Of a stretch of DNA of 64,000 nt, positions 22,819 to 34,019 are shown piece by piece (the stretch's first letter is position 1; the number at the start of each line of letters is the position of its first letter). The DNA comes from Eukaryota sp. TZLM1-RC. Lineage: Eukaryota; Protista; Metamonada: BaSk clade. Below the pieces are notes generated by a model. That model was not told where the DNA came from. It made no database searches and was given only the letters and a program-made list of their open reading frames with translations. The position numbers and the translations under genes were made by a program. The stretch lies in NCBI GenBank assembly GCA_040285825.1, contig JAUPSS010000001.1:1178001-1242000 (forward strand), read 5' to 3'.

Positions 22819-25800
22819 ATGGAAAAACTAATTGCTGGATTTATATGTGGAAAAATAACAACACCAGAATTAATTAAAAATTATTCACCAATACCAGGTG
22901 GTATTAAATTTTCACTAATTGGTGGTGGTAGCATTTTAACAACATATGGTGATGCTATTGTATCGAGTGATTATCTGCTCAACGCAAATACCCAGAAGAA
23001 TTAAGAAGTTCTCGTTTGACTGCACTTGTCAAAAATTCAAAAATGGATGTTCGTCCTATTGCAGTCTCTGAGAGCTTACACAATATTTTTTCTGCGTGTT
23101 GCATAAACAGGTTCAATGAAAAAGCTAAAAAGATTTTATTACCCATTCAATATGGTATAAATACTACAGATGGAGTCTCTTCAGCGATTTTTGCTACTGA
23201 TGTCTTATTTCGTCAAAATGAATCCAATGTTTGTATGTCATTGGATTTTAGTGATGCTTTCAATTCACTAAGTCGTCGCAGTATCCATGGTGCTCTATTG
23301 CAATATATGCCGGAATTAATACCATATTTTCAATCAACTTATTGCACATATTCTAATTTACATTTTGGTAACAACATTTTGAGTTCATCAAGTGGCGTAA
23401 AGCAAGGAGATCCGTTAGGACCTCTTTTGTTTTGTTTGGCCATCCATCCTATTCTACTGCAAATTCAAGAGATGTTTCCTTCACTAAAAATGATTGCATA
23501 TATGGATGATTTTGTGCTTATTGGTGATTTAAAAATTGTGAAAAAAGCAACCGTATGTTTTAAAGAATTATTTACCAAAATTGGTCTCCGACTTAATTTA
23601 CTTAAATGTGTTTTGTTATCGAATTCTCCAGTTTCCACAATAATTGATGATATTGAAATTCAAGCCAAATTATATTCAATTGATGCTATTCGTCATTTGG
23701 GTTCGTTTTTAGGAAATAATGATGAAATTACCAAAAAATTGTTTGAAAAGTTGAACTCAATTTCTGACAAAATTGACCGAATGATGAATTTAGATATAAA
23801 AAACACATCAAATTTACCATTATAAGACTGTGTTTTAGTTCCAATTTTAATCATATATTTCGATCTACAAATCCTCTCGTCACTAGACCTTTGGCTCAAA
23901 AGTTTAATGAGTTACGTGCAAAAGTTCTGTCTCAATTACTGGGATGTAAAATGTTTCAAATTCCAGATCATGCTTACCTTAGTCCACATTATGGTGGTTT
24001 AGGGTGGACGAAGGCTTCTATTCTTACCTCGTGTGCTTTTGTTGGTGGATGCAGAAATGCAATCTTTGAGTTTTCCGAAAGATTTGCATATTGGGAAGAT
24101 TTATTGATGACAACGCAAAGTTCCACTGTTTTTGCATTAAATGAAGAAATTTCAAGAATTGATGTAGAAAAATGGGATCGATGTTTTCCCCAATCATTCA
24201 ATGGCAATATTCCAGAAAAAAATGTTTTAAATTTGAAGTACACTCTTCGAACATTACAGAAAAGATTGACTGGAATGTATGAAAAAGATCTTAATAATAA
24301 CATTTGCAGCTCGGCTGTTTTAAATCAAGATCTTCACTCATTGTTATTGGAAAAGGGTGTTTGTGAAAACAAGGCGTCAGATTCTTCACTTTTTGTAACC
24401 ATTGTACCACGAAGATTTGGATTGTGTGCCACTAATGAAGCATTTGTAATAAAAATGAGATTATATCTGAACATCCCCATTAACCAATTATTATCAAAAG
24501 AAAAATGTATTTGTTCGAATTCACCTCAACTCACTTTGCGCCATGCTCTAAATTGCTCTAAATTGATAACTTATCGTTCTTCATTACATGATGCTGTTAG
24601 AGACACTGTTTTCAATATGGCACAAACTGCAAGGATATCGTGTATCAAAGAGCCCCTGCTGAAAGAAAAACTTTCTCTGAATAATTTTGGTTCTGATGAT
24701 AGAGGTTATGTATACTGTGATTGGATTGATAATTCTGAAGCTATTGTTGACTTTGTCTCATGTAATGTTGCAAACGATACTTTGGTTCACAGAAGAAAAC
24801 TTAATCCTGTGGCTGCTCTGGATTTTAAAGCAAAAGAAAAACATAGAAAATATGATAAAGAAATTGAAGATGCAAATGTCGATAGAAATACACAGCTGGT
24901 TTTTATTGCTTTCCCATTTTCGATAAATGGAAGATTATCAGTTGAAGCAGAAACTTTTTTGGATGATTTCCAAAAAATGGTGAAAGAAAAAACAATGAAA
25001 AGATTTGATATTTTCTTATGGCGTTCACGGATTCAATTTGCCATTATGAATAGATTACCGCGGTTTTTCAATCGAATTAGAGAAGCTTTAGCTAGACAGC
25101 AAGCAAATCAAGATTTTGTAGAGGAAATCTTGGTTTAATGATAGTCGTCCCATTAGTTATGATTTAATTTAATCAAGTGTGCAAATTCAATAAATTGAGA
25201 TCGAGTGATAAAAATAAAGTAGTCAATATAATGGGTAGTTTGATTGGTAATGAAAAAGAAATGTCTAGAATTGAGTTTCAAAAAAATGTTTATAAAAACA
25301 AAATCGTAGAAGATGACAACTTACTTGAATTTACACAATACAATAGTAATGATTATGTGGCCATATTTTATTCAAATGATTTTGATGTTGAAATGTATAA
25401 GAATACATTACCAACCAAAACACAAACAGATATACAACCCATACAATATATTGATAGAGAATATGATTTTGGTGTATTATATATATACGAAAACATTGAA
25501 ATAGTGTTTAATTATCATGATGATTTGGTTGAATTAATTAAAAAATTAAAATTCCAAAAATTGATACATTTTGATTTATTAAATTCAATAACATATGATG
25601 ATGATAAGATTGTTTTATATAATTTTAATAACATTTTTAATATAAATGATCTTGATAAATGTTTTGAATATGATTATTTTGGATTTGATTACCATAACAA
25701 AACTTGTAAATTCCATCCAATCATTACAATAAAATGGATGAAGCACCATAGTATTAATGAAATTGGTGAGTTTATAACATCATTTAAAAATAGACAAGCA

Positions 25801-25947
25801 GCGATTAAAGATTCTAATTTTTCAACAAAAGAATTAATTAAATATAATATGTTGTATTTTGGAGAAATAAATTATGATAAAATAAATAACTATGATAATT
25901 TTTCACAATATGCCTGTATTGAAACATTAAAACTTCATAATAATTAA
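22819..25947 (+). pseudogene. Degenerate protein-kinase-like viral-type gene, split by a family B retrotransposon
   Basis: Removing the insertion joins ...LIGGGSILTTYGDAIVSSD|KNKVVNIM...EKE... in frame. Later LIHFDL..N and IVLYNFN resemble decayed HxD/DFG motifs. Confidence 0.6.
22972..25199 (+). mobile_element. 5'-truncated CRE-like non-LTR retrotransposon, family B
   Basis: VRPIAVSE, QYGI, LDFSDAFNS, GVKQGDPLGP, AYMDD, CIC...RHALNC, LHDAVRD...D...KY; 10-bp TSD ATCGAGTGAT (22962-22971 / 25200-25209). Confidence 0.95.
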
Positions 25948-26325
25948 ACCATTACTCATTCCACTTTGTTTCATACCTTGTTTTTCATAAAATTGAATCA
26001 AGTGTTTTTCACAAGTTAGATGATATCCAGGGCAAATTTTTTTTGCATATTTCAAAATATTTGTTGCAATTCCACGTTTACGATAATCTTTATGAACAGC
26101 CAAACAACATAGATATTTAGATTTCAAATCAATTAAAGCACAACCAACAATCTTATCATTGATTTTATAACACAATGCAATCCATTGCAATCCATATAAC
26201 ACGTCTTCATAGACATTATCACGCCAATAATAATTATTTGAACCAAATGTTTCTTGAATTAAATTTTCAATATCAACAAGATCTTGTACATGTCTTGTTA
26301 TGTGGACAGTATTTTCCAATTTCAT
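25927..26325 (-). CDS. GNAT family N-acetyltransferase
   Basis: LAVHKDYRKRGIA (motif A) and LIQFYEKQGM (motif B). Confidence 0.9.
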   Translation of the reverse strand: MKLENTVHITRHVQDLVDIENLIQETFGSNNYYWRDNVYEDVLYGLQWIALCYKINDKIVGCALIDLKSKYLCCLAVHKDYRKRGIATNILKYAKKICPGYHLTCEKHLIQFYEKQGMKQSGMSNGLIIMKF

Positions 26326-26376
26326 TTATAAATAAAAAAATAATTATAAGACGAAAAATGAAAAATTTCATTTAAA

Positions 26377-27115
26377 ATGGATATTTATCAATTCTTAGCA
26401 CTACAGGGAATTGTAAAAGAATTGAGTCCACATTTGATTTTGATTTTCACAATTGTTTATTTATTTCAAAAAAATTAAATTAAAGATTTATTTGAAAAAT
26501 ATTTAAACAGAAAATATGCAGAATATAATATTATAAATGTCATTGGAAAACATCGTGGAGCAAGTCAGGTTGGTAAATATGCATCTATTGTTGATTATTT
26601 ATCACGACACAAATATATAAAAAAAGAAATGTATGTTCAAAATGACTTAACATCAATTTTGAAAGATGATACAATCAAATTAACTCCTAAATTAAATCTT
26701 AAAATACCAAATAAAGAAACTTATAAAAATAGCAAAAAGGATGATAGTTATTTACGAGTGAAATCAATTTTAAAGTTTTACAGTCAATCACTAACATTCG
26801 ATGAAATTAAAAAATGGGTTGATGATGCAATAAAAGATTCAGAAAGAATTGATTTGGAATGTTTAGAAAATTTGCAAAATATATTTTACTATGAATATCA
26901 ACATGATACATTGGATGGACTGCAAGTTGGAACTAATTGTGGATTTGAAATAAAATCAACAACATCATTCGAAAATAAATTCTTTGATCAAAAAGAGGAT
27001 TTGGTAAAGTTGTTAAATCATTTTACAAATAATCCTAAGTGGTATGAAGAACGTGGAATACCTCATAATCTGGGAATATTATTACACGGTGAACCTGGAA
27101 CAGGAAAAACATCAA
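26377..27115 (+). pseudogene. Second BCS1-like AAA+ ATPase, truncated at Walker A (right edge of the viral island)
   Basis: ATG 26377 after AAAAATGA; hydrophobic N-terminus; KSTTSFENKFFDQK...WYEERGIPHNLGILLHGEPGTGKTS, then an abrupt switch to RCC1-gene sequence. Confidence 0.85.
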
Positions 27116-29950
27116 CATCTCCTAAACACAGTTTTCCTTGGAAATTATTGCCAGTACTCATTAAATCCCCAATTTCAGTAATAAATAGAGAATGTGCATG
27201 ACAACAAATAGCTATTTCAACCCTTTCAGTGACATTAACATCAACAGGTATGTCTCTATCTGTATTGGTTCCATCACCAAGCCTACCATCTTCATTCCAA
27301 CCCCAAGCTTTAACTTTTCTATTAGACAACACTGCAAGTGAATGGTATCTACCAGCACTAATATTGATAACATTTTCAAGTGATGCAATGGGCTTGGGTT
27401 GGGGTTGATCATCTTCGTCACCATGACCTAGTCTGCCAAAGGAACCACTACCCCAAGAATAAACATGGTTATCTTGAGTTCTGGCAAGAGAAAAGGAAGA
27501 TCCGGCAGAAATTTGAACAACATTATTAAAATCAACTGGTTCAGGCAAATAGTAAGGATCAGATTCATAACCCAATCCTAATTCGCCAAGATGATTCCGC
27601 CCCCAAGCAAAGAAGGTACCTTCACTAGTGAGGCCTAATGTATGGAAAGCACCACAAGAAATAGAAGTAAACACTTCATCAGAAATTACTGATAATGGTG
27701 AATATGGATTAGTAGTATCACCAGTACCAGTTCTACCAAATTCACCACTACCCCAAGCTTTTAAATTATAAGTGGCTGAGCCTTTTCCATCAATGACTAA
27801 AGTAGCTCCATGATCCACAGAGATAACAGCCTTTGTTACAGTCACTTGGCCAGATAATGTACCAAGATTCAATACAGTCAAATTTACATTAATAAATTCG
27901 ACCTTGCCAAATAAATGCAGGTTATAGACTTTAAAAAACCCTACAGATTGCTCAGCTGAACCAATATAACGATCCATAATCGTAGCCTTACCTTGAACAA
28001 ACAAAGCAGGGGAATTCATATTTAATAAAGAATGCTCAAATAAAACTTGGGATGAATCATGTAAAACAATGTCATTAGTTATGGAAAATTCCCCTGTTGA
28101 AACGAAAATTCCAAAGTTGATCAATGTTGAATCTAAAACACCATATCCCACTATTTTGTTGCTGTCACCAATAATAATCGGCAATTCAGACATAATAATA
28201 CCACCTAAAAGCGATAAATTTCCAGGAAAACTCAAATGAGCCTTGTCATTTGCCTTAAGTAATCCTTCATTGGTGATGAGTTTATTAAATGCAATTCTCA
28301 GTCCACTACAATATACTGAACCCAAAGCCTGAACATTGACTAAAATGTTTAAATGAATGGTGAAGGGTGATTCATTACTCAATGTGCCATTGACAACCAA
28401 TAACGAATCATCAGGACTTTGGATAGAAGGTAAAAGGATGTAAATGAAGAAATGTTCATCACCAGCAAAAACACTACCAACTTCATAATCTTTTGTTTCA
28501 GCATTAATTGAAGCTTGATGATCACCTTCTTCCCAGCTAAATAAAACATTATTAAAATCAACAGCAAAAGCAATATTTCTTCCACTCCCAATACTCCTTA
28601 CCCTACCCAAACCCTGAACTTTACCTGGTGTATGGTGAAGAGTAGAGTCTGTAGTTCTACCCAACACATCACCACAACTATAAACATCACCTTCTTTTGT
28701 TAGGAAAATGGTAAACCGATTTCCACAACTAGCTTGAACAACATTAAAGTTCAATACACTTGTAGGTGTGTGTTTATCATCTTCATATCCTAAACACAGC
28801 TGCCCATAATGATTATGTCCTGTTGTTAACAATTCATGATTTTCGGTAATAAATAGTGAATGTCGATGGCAGCCAATAGCCTTTTCAACCCTTTCAAAAG
28901 TATCAACATCTCCAGGCAAAATTCTATACCCGATGCTTACACCATTACCAAGCCTACCATTACCATTAGATCCCCAATCTTTGACTTTACCATTAGACAA
29001 CACTGCAAGTCCATGACGACTTCCAGTAGTAATGTCAATGACACCAGAAAGTGATACGTTCACTAGTGATATCACTAGTGATACGTTTGGGTTTGGGTTC
29101 ATTGCTGAGACTACCATGTCCAAGTCTTCCACTCCAACCATGACCCCAAGAATAAACATGGTTATCTTGAGTTCTGGTAAGAGAAAAGGAAGATCCAGTA
29201 GAAATTTGAACAACATTTTCTAAATCTACTTGTTCAGGGAAATCATGAATACCTCCAGTAGAGCCTAATCCTAATTAACCATAGTCATTATCTCCCCAAG
29301 CAAATAAGGTACCTTCACTAGTGAGACCTAATGTATGTTCATTGCCACCAGCAATTTTTGTAAAATCTTCATCAGTATCTACTGGTAATAGTGGGTGTGG
29401 ATTATTAGTAATACCCGTACCAGTTCTGCCCTTTTCACCATTACCCCACGCCTTTAATTCAAATGAATCAGAACTACCTCCTTCAATAACCAGTTCAGCA
29501 CCAAAATCAACCAACAAAGAGGATTGTGAAAGAGAAAAATTATTGACAAGTTTACCATTTCCTTTAATAACAAAGTTGATCAAATTCAAGTCACATGATC
29601 CCAAAACTTCCAACTTGGTGGTAATGAAGTTGGCGATCTGACCAGTGACAGACTCAATTAACACATCATCACAGGTTGTGGTATGAGGTATTGATATGGT
29701 TTTCCAAGCGCAAAGGAACACCAAAGAGATGAAAGGAATGAACTTTAGGAGGGACATTGATGACAAGAATCGGGTTCATTTCTTTTCCATCCACAAAGAC
29801 TGAGGAAGATTGTGTGGGATAAGAACCACTCCGTGTGGAAGCTGAATCCCAGAAAAAAACTTGGTTCTCATAGTGAGGAGTAACAAGATCGACATCAAAA
29901 GTGAGAACAACGACACAGCACAGAAGAAAAAATGCTAGATCATAGAGCAT
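27110..29950 (-). pseudogene. Host secreted/surface RCC1-repeat protein, disrupted and 3'-truncated
   Basis: Signal-peptide-like MLYDLAFFLLCCVVVL; two blocks of RCC1 repeats (AWGxGExGRTG, HTLGLT, GELGLG, HSLAV); stop at 29275 (GQLGLG read as G*LGLG); 22-nt frameshifting insert at ~29060. Confidence 0.85.
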
Positions 29951-30356
29951 GTGGAAAGGGATGCTAGTTCTGGTTGTTGATTTCAGGAAGGTCAAACATG
30001 GAATTGTTCAAAAGCAAGTTTTATTTGCAAAAATGAATTTCATTGATCACCATTCCAATTCGTCCGCTTTCATCCTCAGAACACTGTGTGTCATCAGTTT
30101 CCCACATATATCGGAACATGGTGTTAACTTTTTTAAAAATCGTTCCAAATAGAAAACAAGGAATATCATCAAATACATCGATAGATTTATTGATTTCTAT
30201 CAACTGGACTAGAGCAAGAAAGGCAAATGGTTAAGAATGATCCAGATCTTTGTTTGTTTCTGAATTGGAAAACATGAAAGAAGGACCAGTCAGCAAACTT
30301 GGGCAGTATAATGACAAACAGAAAGAACAAGATTTGAAACACCCATAATTTATAGA

Positions 30357-30729
30357 TTCTGTTTTAGATTCAACATTGAGCACCTTCAGAGCTTCGTTAA
30401 TCCCCATGATGGCTCTTATCAAGGTAGGTGACGCTGGTAGGATTAGATTAATGGCCATTTGATCTTGACCAAGAGAGACTGTCACGTGACCAGTGACGTC
30501 GGCTTGTTTCTCCATAGCAAGAGCGTGTTCAAGTTGAAGATGATATTGTTTCACGAGTTGCTTGGCCTTCTCGCTGCCTTTATGTTCTATGAGTTCAGCA
30601 AGACAAGAAGAATGTTTGACGGCCTAAGAGAGACGTGATAGAGCATGATGCATCACCTTGGTTGATTTTTGGCTAGCAGCTTCTTGCTTGAGATACATTG
30701 CGTGTGGCCAGGCACGTTCTGCTTCTAAA
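30357..30729 (-). pseudogene. Captured SRP68 gene fragment
   Basis: Matches ~522-910 of the intact gene, with a 15-bp deletion. Confidence 0.9.
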
Positions 30730-32140
30730 ATTAGTTATCCACCCATTAGTTATGAATTAATTTAATTAAGTGTACATGTTCAATAAATATAATTCATTAA
30801 AATGATGTTGATTTATTGAATTCTACAAGTAATAATTATTTGAGAGACCTTGAAAATGCTTTTGATTTTTTGCCTCCTGAATTCTGGGTAAATGCTTTTC
30901 CGATAATGTGCAGGAAAAACCACCTAGAACACTAGTTAATGTGAGGTATTGTGGAAGAAAATTACAGCGCAAATTAACACTAATTTGTGAAGGCTTGGAT
31001 TTTAATGTTCGTCTTTGCTCGGCCAAAAAAAGATAATCCCGCTTTCGCAAATTTTTTATTAGATGCTCAAAATAGTTCCTCAGATCAGATAGAAGAAAGT
31101 GATGCGTGATAATTTAACCAACTTTCACCTGTTTCAGTTGGACCGGGAATAGTTTCTGCTTCGAAAATAGAACCTAAAAAACTTGGCAAAGAAGAACAGA
31201 CAGATCTTCAATTGGGGATGGAAATCTGGAAGAAATATCAAGAAAACCGCGAAACCAATGAAGCAAACTCTGTGAAGAAATAGACCAAGACGTCTGTACT
31301 ACATCTGAATCATTTCTTGGAAAAGCAGCATAAGCCGTAACACAACCATTGCCCATCTCATTCCTACAAATCTCCAACAGTGTTCGAGTCTTATCTAGAA
31401 TGAGTATAGATTAAAAACCTACCAACACCAGTGAAACCAATAAAGGGTACCACGTTTGAATGATACATGCTAAGCAGATCTTGGTTTCCTTGTAGTTCAT
31501 GAATACAATTGAGCAAGGAATGGTATGGAGACTTATCTTTGATGTATGGATAGTTGTAAAATGAATCGTTGGATATGGTGGCTGATGTTGATATTGGATC
31601 TGGTCTCTGTAGCATTATTTTACATCTAACGTCTGAACCACAGAGCAGAAGTAATTCAGAGTCATTTACAATTTCACCTCTTGGAGTTTCAGTGTACGAA
31701 AAGTACCGAGATACAATGTTTAATAGCTGTCTAAAAGATGAAGCAGTGGATGTGCCTGATGTTAGTGCAATCGCAAATCCAAAGTTTCTTAATGAGTTGA
31801 TAGAGAAGCTCAAGTTGTTCAGGGGTAATATTTACGAGTTCAACAGGAGTGTCGGGCATTTCACAATTAGATAACGAAGTAGAAAACGAGAAAAAAGTGA
31901 AATGATTCACAAACCTGATACTGAAAAGATATCTACTTGGCGTTTATTACAACAAAACAAGATCCCGTATCTGGCAAATGAAACAACCTTTTTGACAATG
32001 ACAACCTTGAAGACAAACACAATATCCTAAACGTAGTCATGAGTGCAAATTTATCAATCGAAGGATTGGCATTTTGATTTGGACAACATTCCAAAATCTC
32101 ATACAAACATGTTATCAATTATAAAAGTTGACAAAATTAC

Positions 32141-32830
32141 GTGAATTTTTTTAAGCCACAATTTCATTCCTTGCGTTCTGTTGCACGCTCTATCAACAAC
32201 TCCGTTTCTCCAAAACTGTTCTCACCTTCTCAAATTGGAACGACCGCAAAGACAGCTGCCAATGACAATTATGGTTTGAATGACAGAAAAATGTTTAAAA
32301 CACCTGCTTCTAACTCGCCAGTTAATGAATTAGAAATGATTGAAAAATGAAAACCAAAACCATTGGAAACTGGAAAAGTTCATTCACATAGATGTGGTAA
32401 ATGTCCTCAACCGGGACATAACGTAAAAACATGTCCCTTAATTAAACAAGAACAATCAAAAGCTCGTGCTCCATCTGCCGATTTGGATCTCCGTTGCCCA
32501 TAAATGATAACAAGATCAAGAACTTCCAGGAATATTTCCTTCAACTTCATCCATCGATTCTCCGAATAATAGGTGTATTATTTTACGGCTATGGAAATTT
32601 TTCTTGCTGAAAGATAAAACATTAATGTCATCAGAAGCAAAATTGCGTCCTTCTATTATGAAAAAAGAAAAAATTGTTTGCAAGTTATCTTTAAAAGAAC
32701 GCCATGGTTCCGCTAAGCAATGCCTGTTTTCAACTGAACTTGTTGAATGTGATGAAAATACTGCTCAACTTAATAAGCTCCATTCTTTTGAAGTTGTTAA
32801 ATACCCTGAACCTAATGGAAGCAGAATCCC
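32141..32830 (+). mobile_element. Deleted 5' part of a CRE-like element related to family A (repeated at 41632-42320)
   Basis: LRSVARSINNSVS shared with the family A N-terminus; CCHC knuckle CGKCPQPGHNVKTCP; QLNKLH. Confidence 0.75.
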
Positions 32831-32838
32831 CTACCTAA

Positions 32839-33151
32839 TTTTTTTTACCAAAATTTTAATTTTATTTAAAACCTATAAATCAACATCTAAAAAATCCATC
32901 TCTCCCAAAACAAAAACACTAGATGCAACTCTCTCATAGTGAGATCCAAGAGAAAGCAAAGCATCAGAAACCATCTTCAACATCCCCTTAAAAATAGAAA
33001 ACACAATTCTATTTTGCCAAAACAATCTGTTGAAATTTCTGCCAGTTTTTCTCTTTACAATCATTTCAAAATCATCCAAAAAACGTAAAGCAGTTGGTGC
33101 AAGTGAACCAAAAAGGGAAAATACAAATGGATACAAATTGTATTTTGCATG
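32839..33151 (-). mobile_element. Family A 3' end
   Basis: YNLYPFVFSLFGSLAP...FWQNRIVFSIFKG; AATAAA plus A tail. Confidence 0.9.
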
Positions 33152-33249
33152 TCCTGAATACATTGATGATTTGGTCAAACATTAAAGATGAAGCTTCCAT
33201 CTGAAATGACAAGTACGCGGTTAATTGCTTTAAAAATGAACGAAACCAA

Positions 33250-33825
33250 AAATATGACCAATTGCAATTGGACAATCAATGTCTCGTATTCTTGCTTCAG
33301 CTGTTTTTTGCAGCATTGGTAAAAAAGCTAAAGATTGTTTTAGTCGTTTTCAATTTGGTATTAAAACAATTGATGGAGCATCTTCTAGGTCCCTGTCTTC
33401 TGATGTTTTCTTTATTCAAAATATTCAAAGTATATTTTCAATTGTGATTTTGAAAACACCTTTAATGCTGTTAAAAGGCCATCAAAAATGCCATTGCTGC
33501 AAACTCATTTCCCAGAAACTGAATTTCTCTTTTACAAATTCTACGGTTCTGAATCAACACTTGTATATGAAGAATTTAATCTTGTATCATCATCTGGTGT
33601 TAAAGTTGATCCATTTTGTCTTTTCTTCTTTTGCCTCGCTATTCACTCTTTGATCTGTGAATTAAAACAAAATTTTTCAAAAATTGAAATTACAGCTTAT
33701 ATGGATTACATTTCAATAATTTATCCAATTGATTTAGTGAGAAAGATTAGTAAAGCTGTTCAACAGCGCTATTATGAAATTGGTCTTTCATTAAACATTT
33801 CTAAATGTTTATTGATTGGTACAGA
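33250..33825 (+). mobile_element. Degenerate CRE-like RT fragment (family C-related)
   Basis: PIAIG...QFGIKTIDGA...SSSGVK...AYMDY, with frameshifts. Confidence 0.8.
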
Positions 33826-34019
33826 CTCCATGATTGGGTGAGTTGCATGTAGTTTTTATGTACCAGATGTGATCAATTTGTGATCAAACTTTGTGTGAAA
33901 TTGTGTGTGAGTTATGTTCGCTATGTGTTGCTTAGTCGATACATTCTTATGATTACAATTTCAATTGATTTTGTATATATTGGAATTAATTGAGTTTATT
34001 AATATTCATAAACTTTAAA

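Larger units (their letters stand above)
4668..27115. mobile_element. Endogenous giant-virus (Nucleocytoviricota-like) island, degraded and invaded by TEs
   Basis: Sharp rise in AT content; short, tightly packed intronless genes; gene set typical of NCLDV accessory genomes; shared upstream AAAATGA motif. No capsid, PolB, A32 or VLTF3 gene recognised in the window. Confidence 0.8.
29994..33151. repeat. 3.2-kb mosaic segmental duplication, copy 1
   Basis: Near-identical to 39470-42641 (offset 9476, then 9491 after a 15-bp deletion at ~30371). Contains host gene fragments, an SRP68 piece and retroelement pieces. Confidence 0.95.

Noticed and set aside
4668-27115. Polinton/virophage or prophage interpretation
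   Set aside because: No protein-primed PolB, integrase, capsid, packaging ATPase or TIRs recognised; the ubiquitin-ligase genes point to a eukaryotic large DNA virus.
27063-27201. Overlapping AAA and RCC1 ORFs as a genuine antisense gene pair
   Set aside because: The overlap is read-through across a rearrangement junction.
29275-29277. TAA at a conserved Gln position, suggesting a TAR=Gln genetic code
   Set aside because: MBF1, the MULE transposase, the kinase-LRR gene and the retro ORFs end naturally at TAA/TAG; a single CAA>TAA mutation in a pseudogene is simpler.
29994-33151. Pack-MULE or Helitron interpretation of the mosaic block
   Set aside because: No TIRs, 9-bp TSD, or TC...CTRR ends with a hairpin were found.
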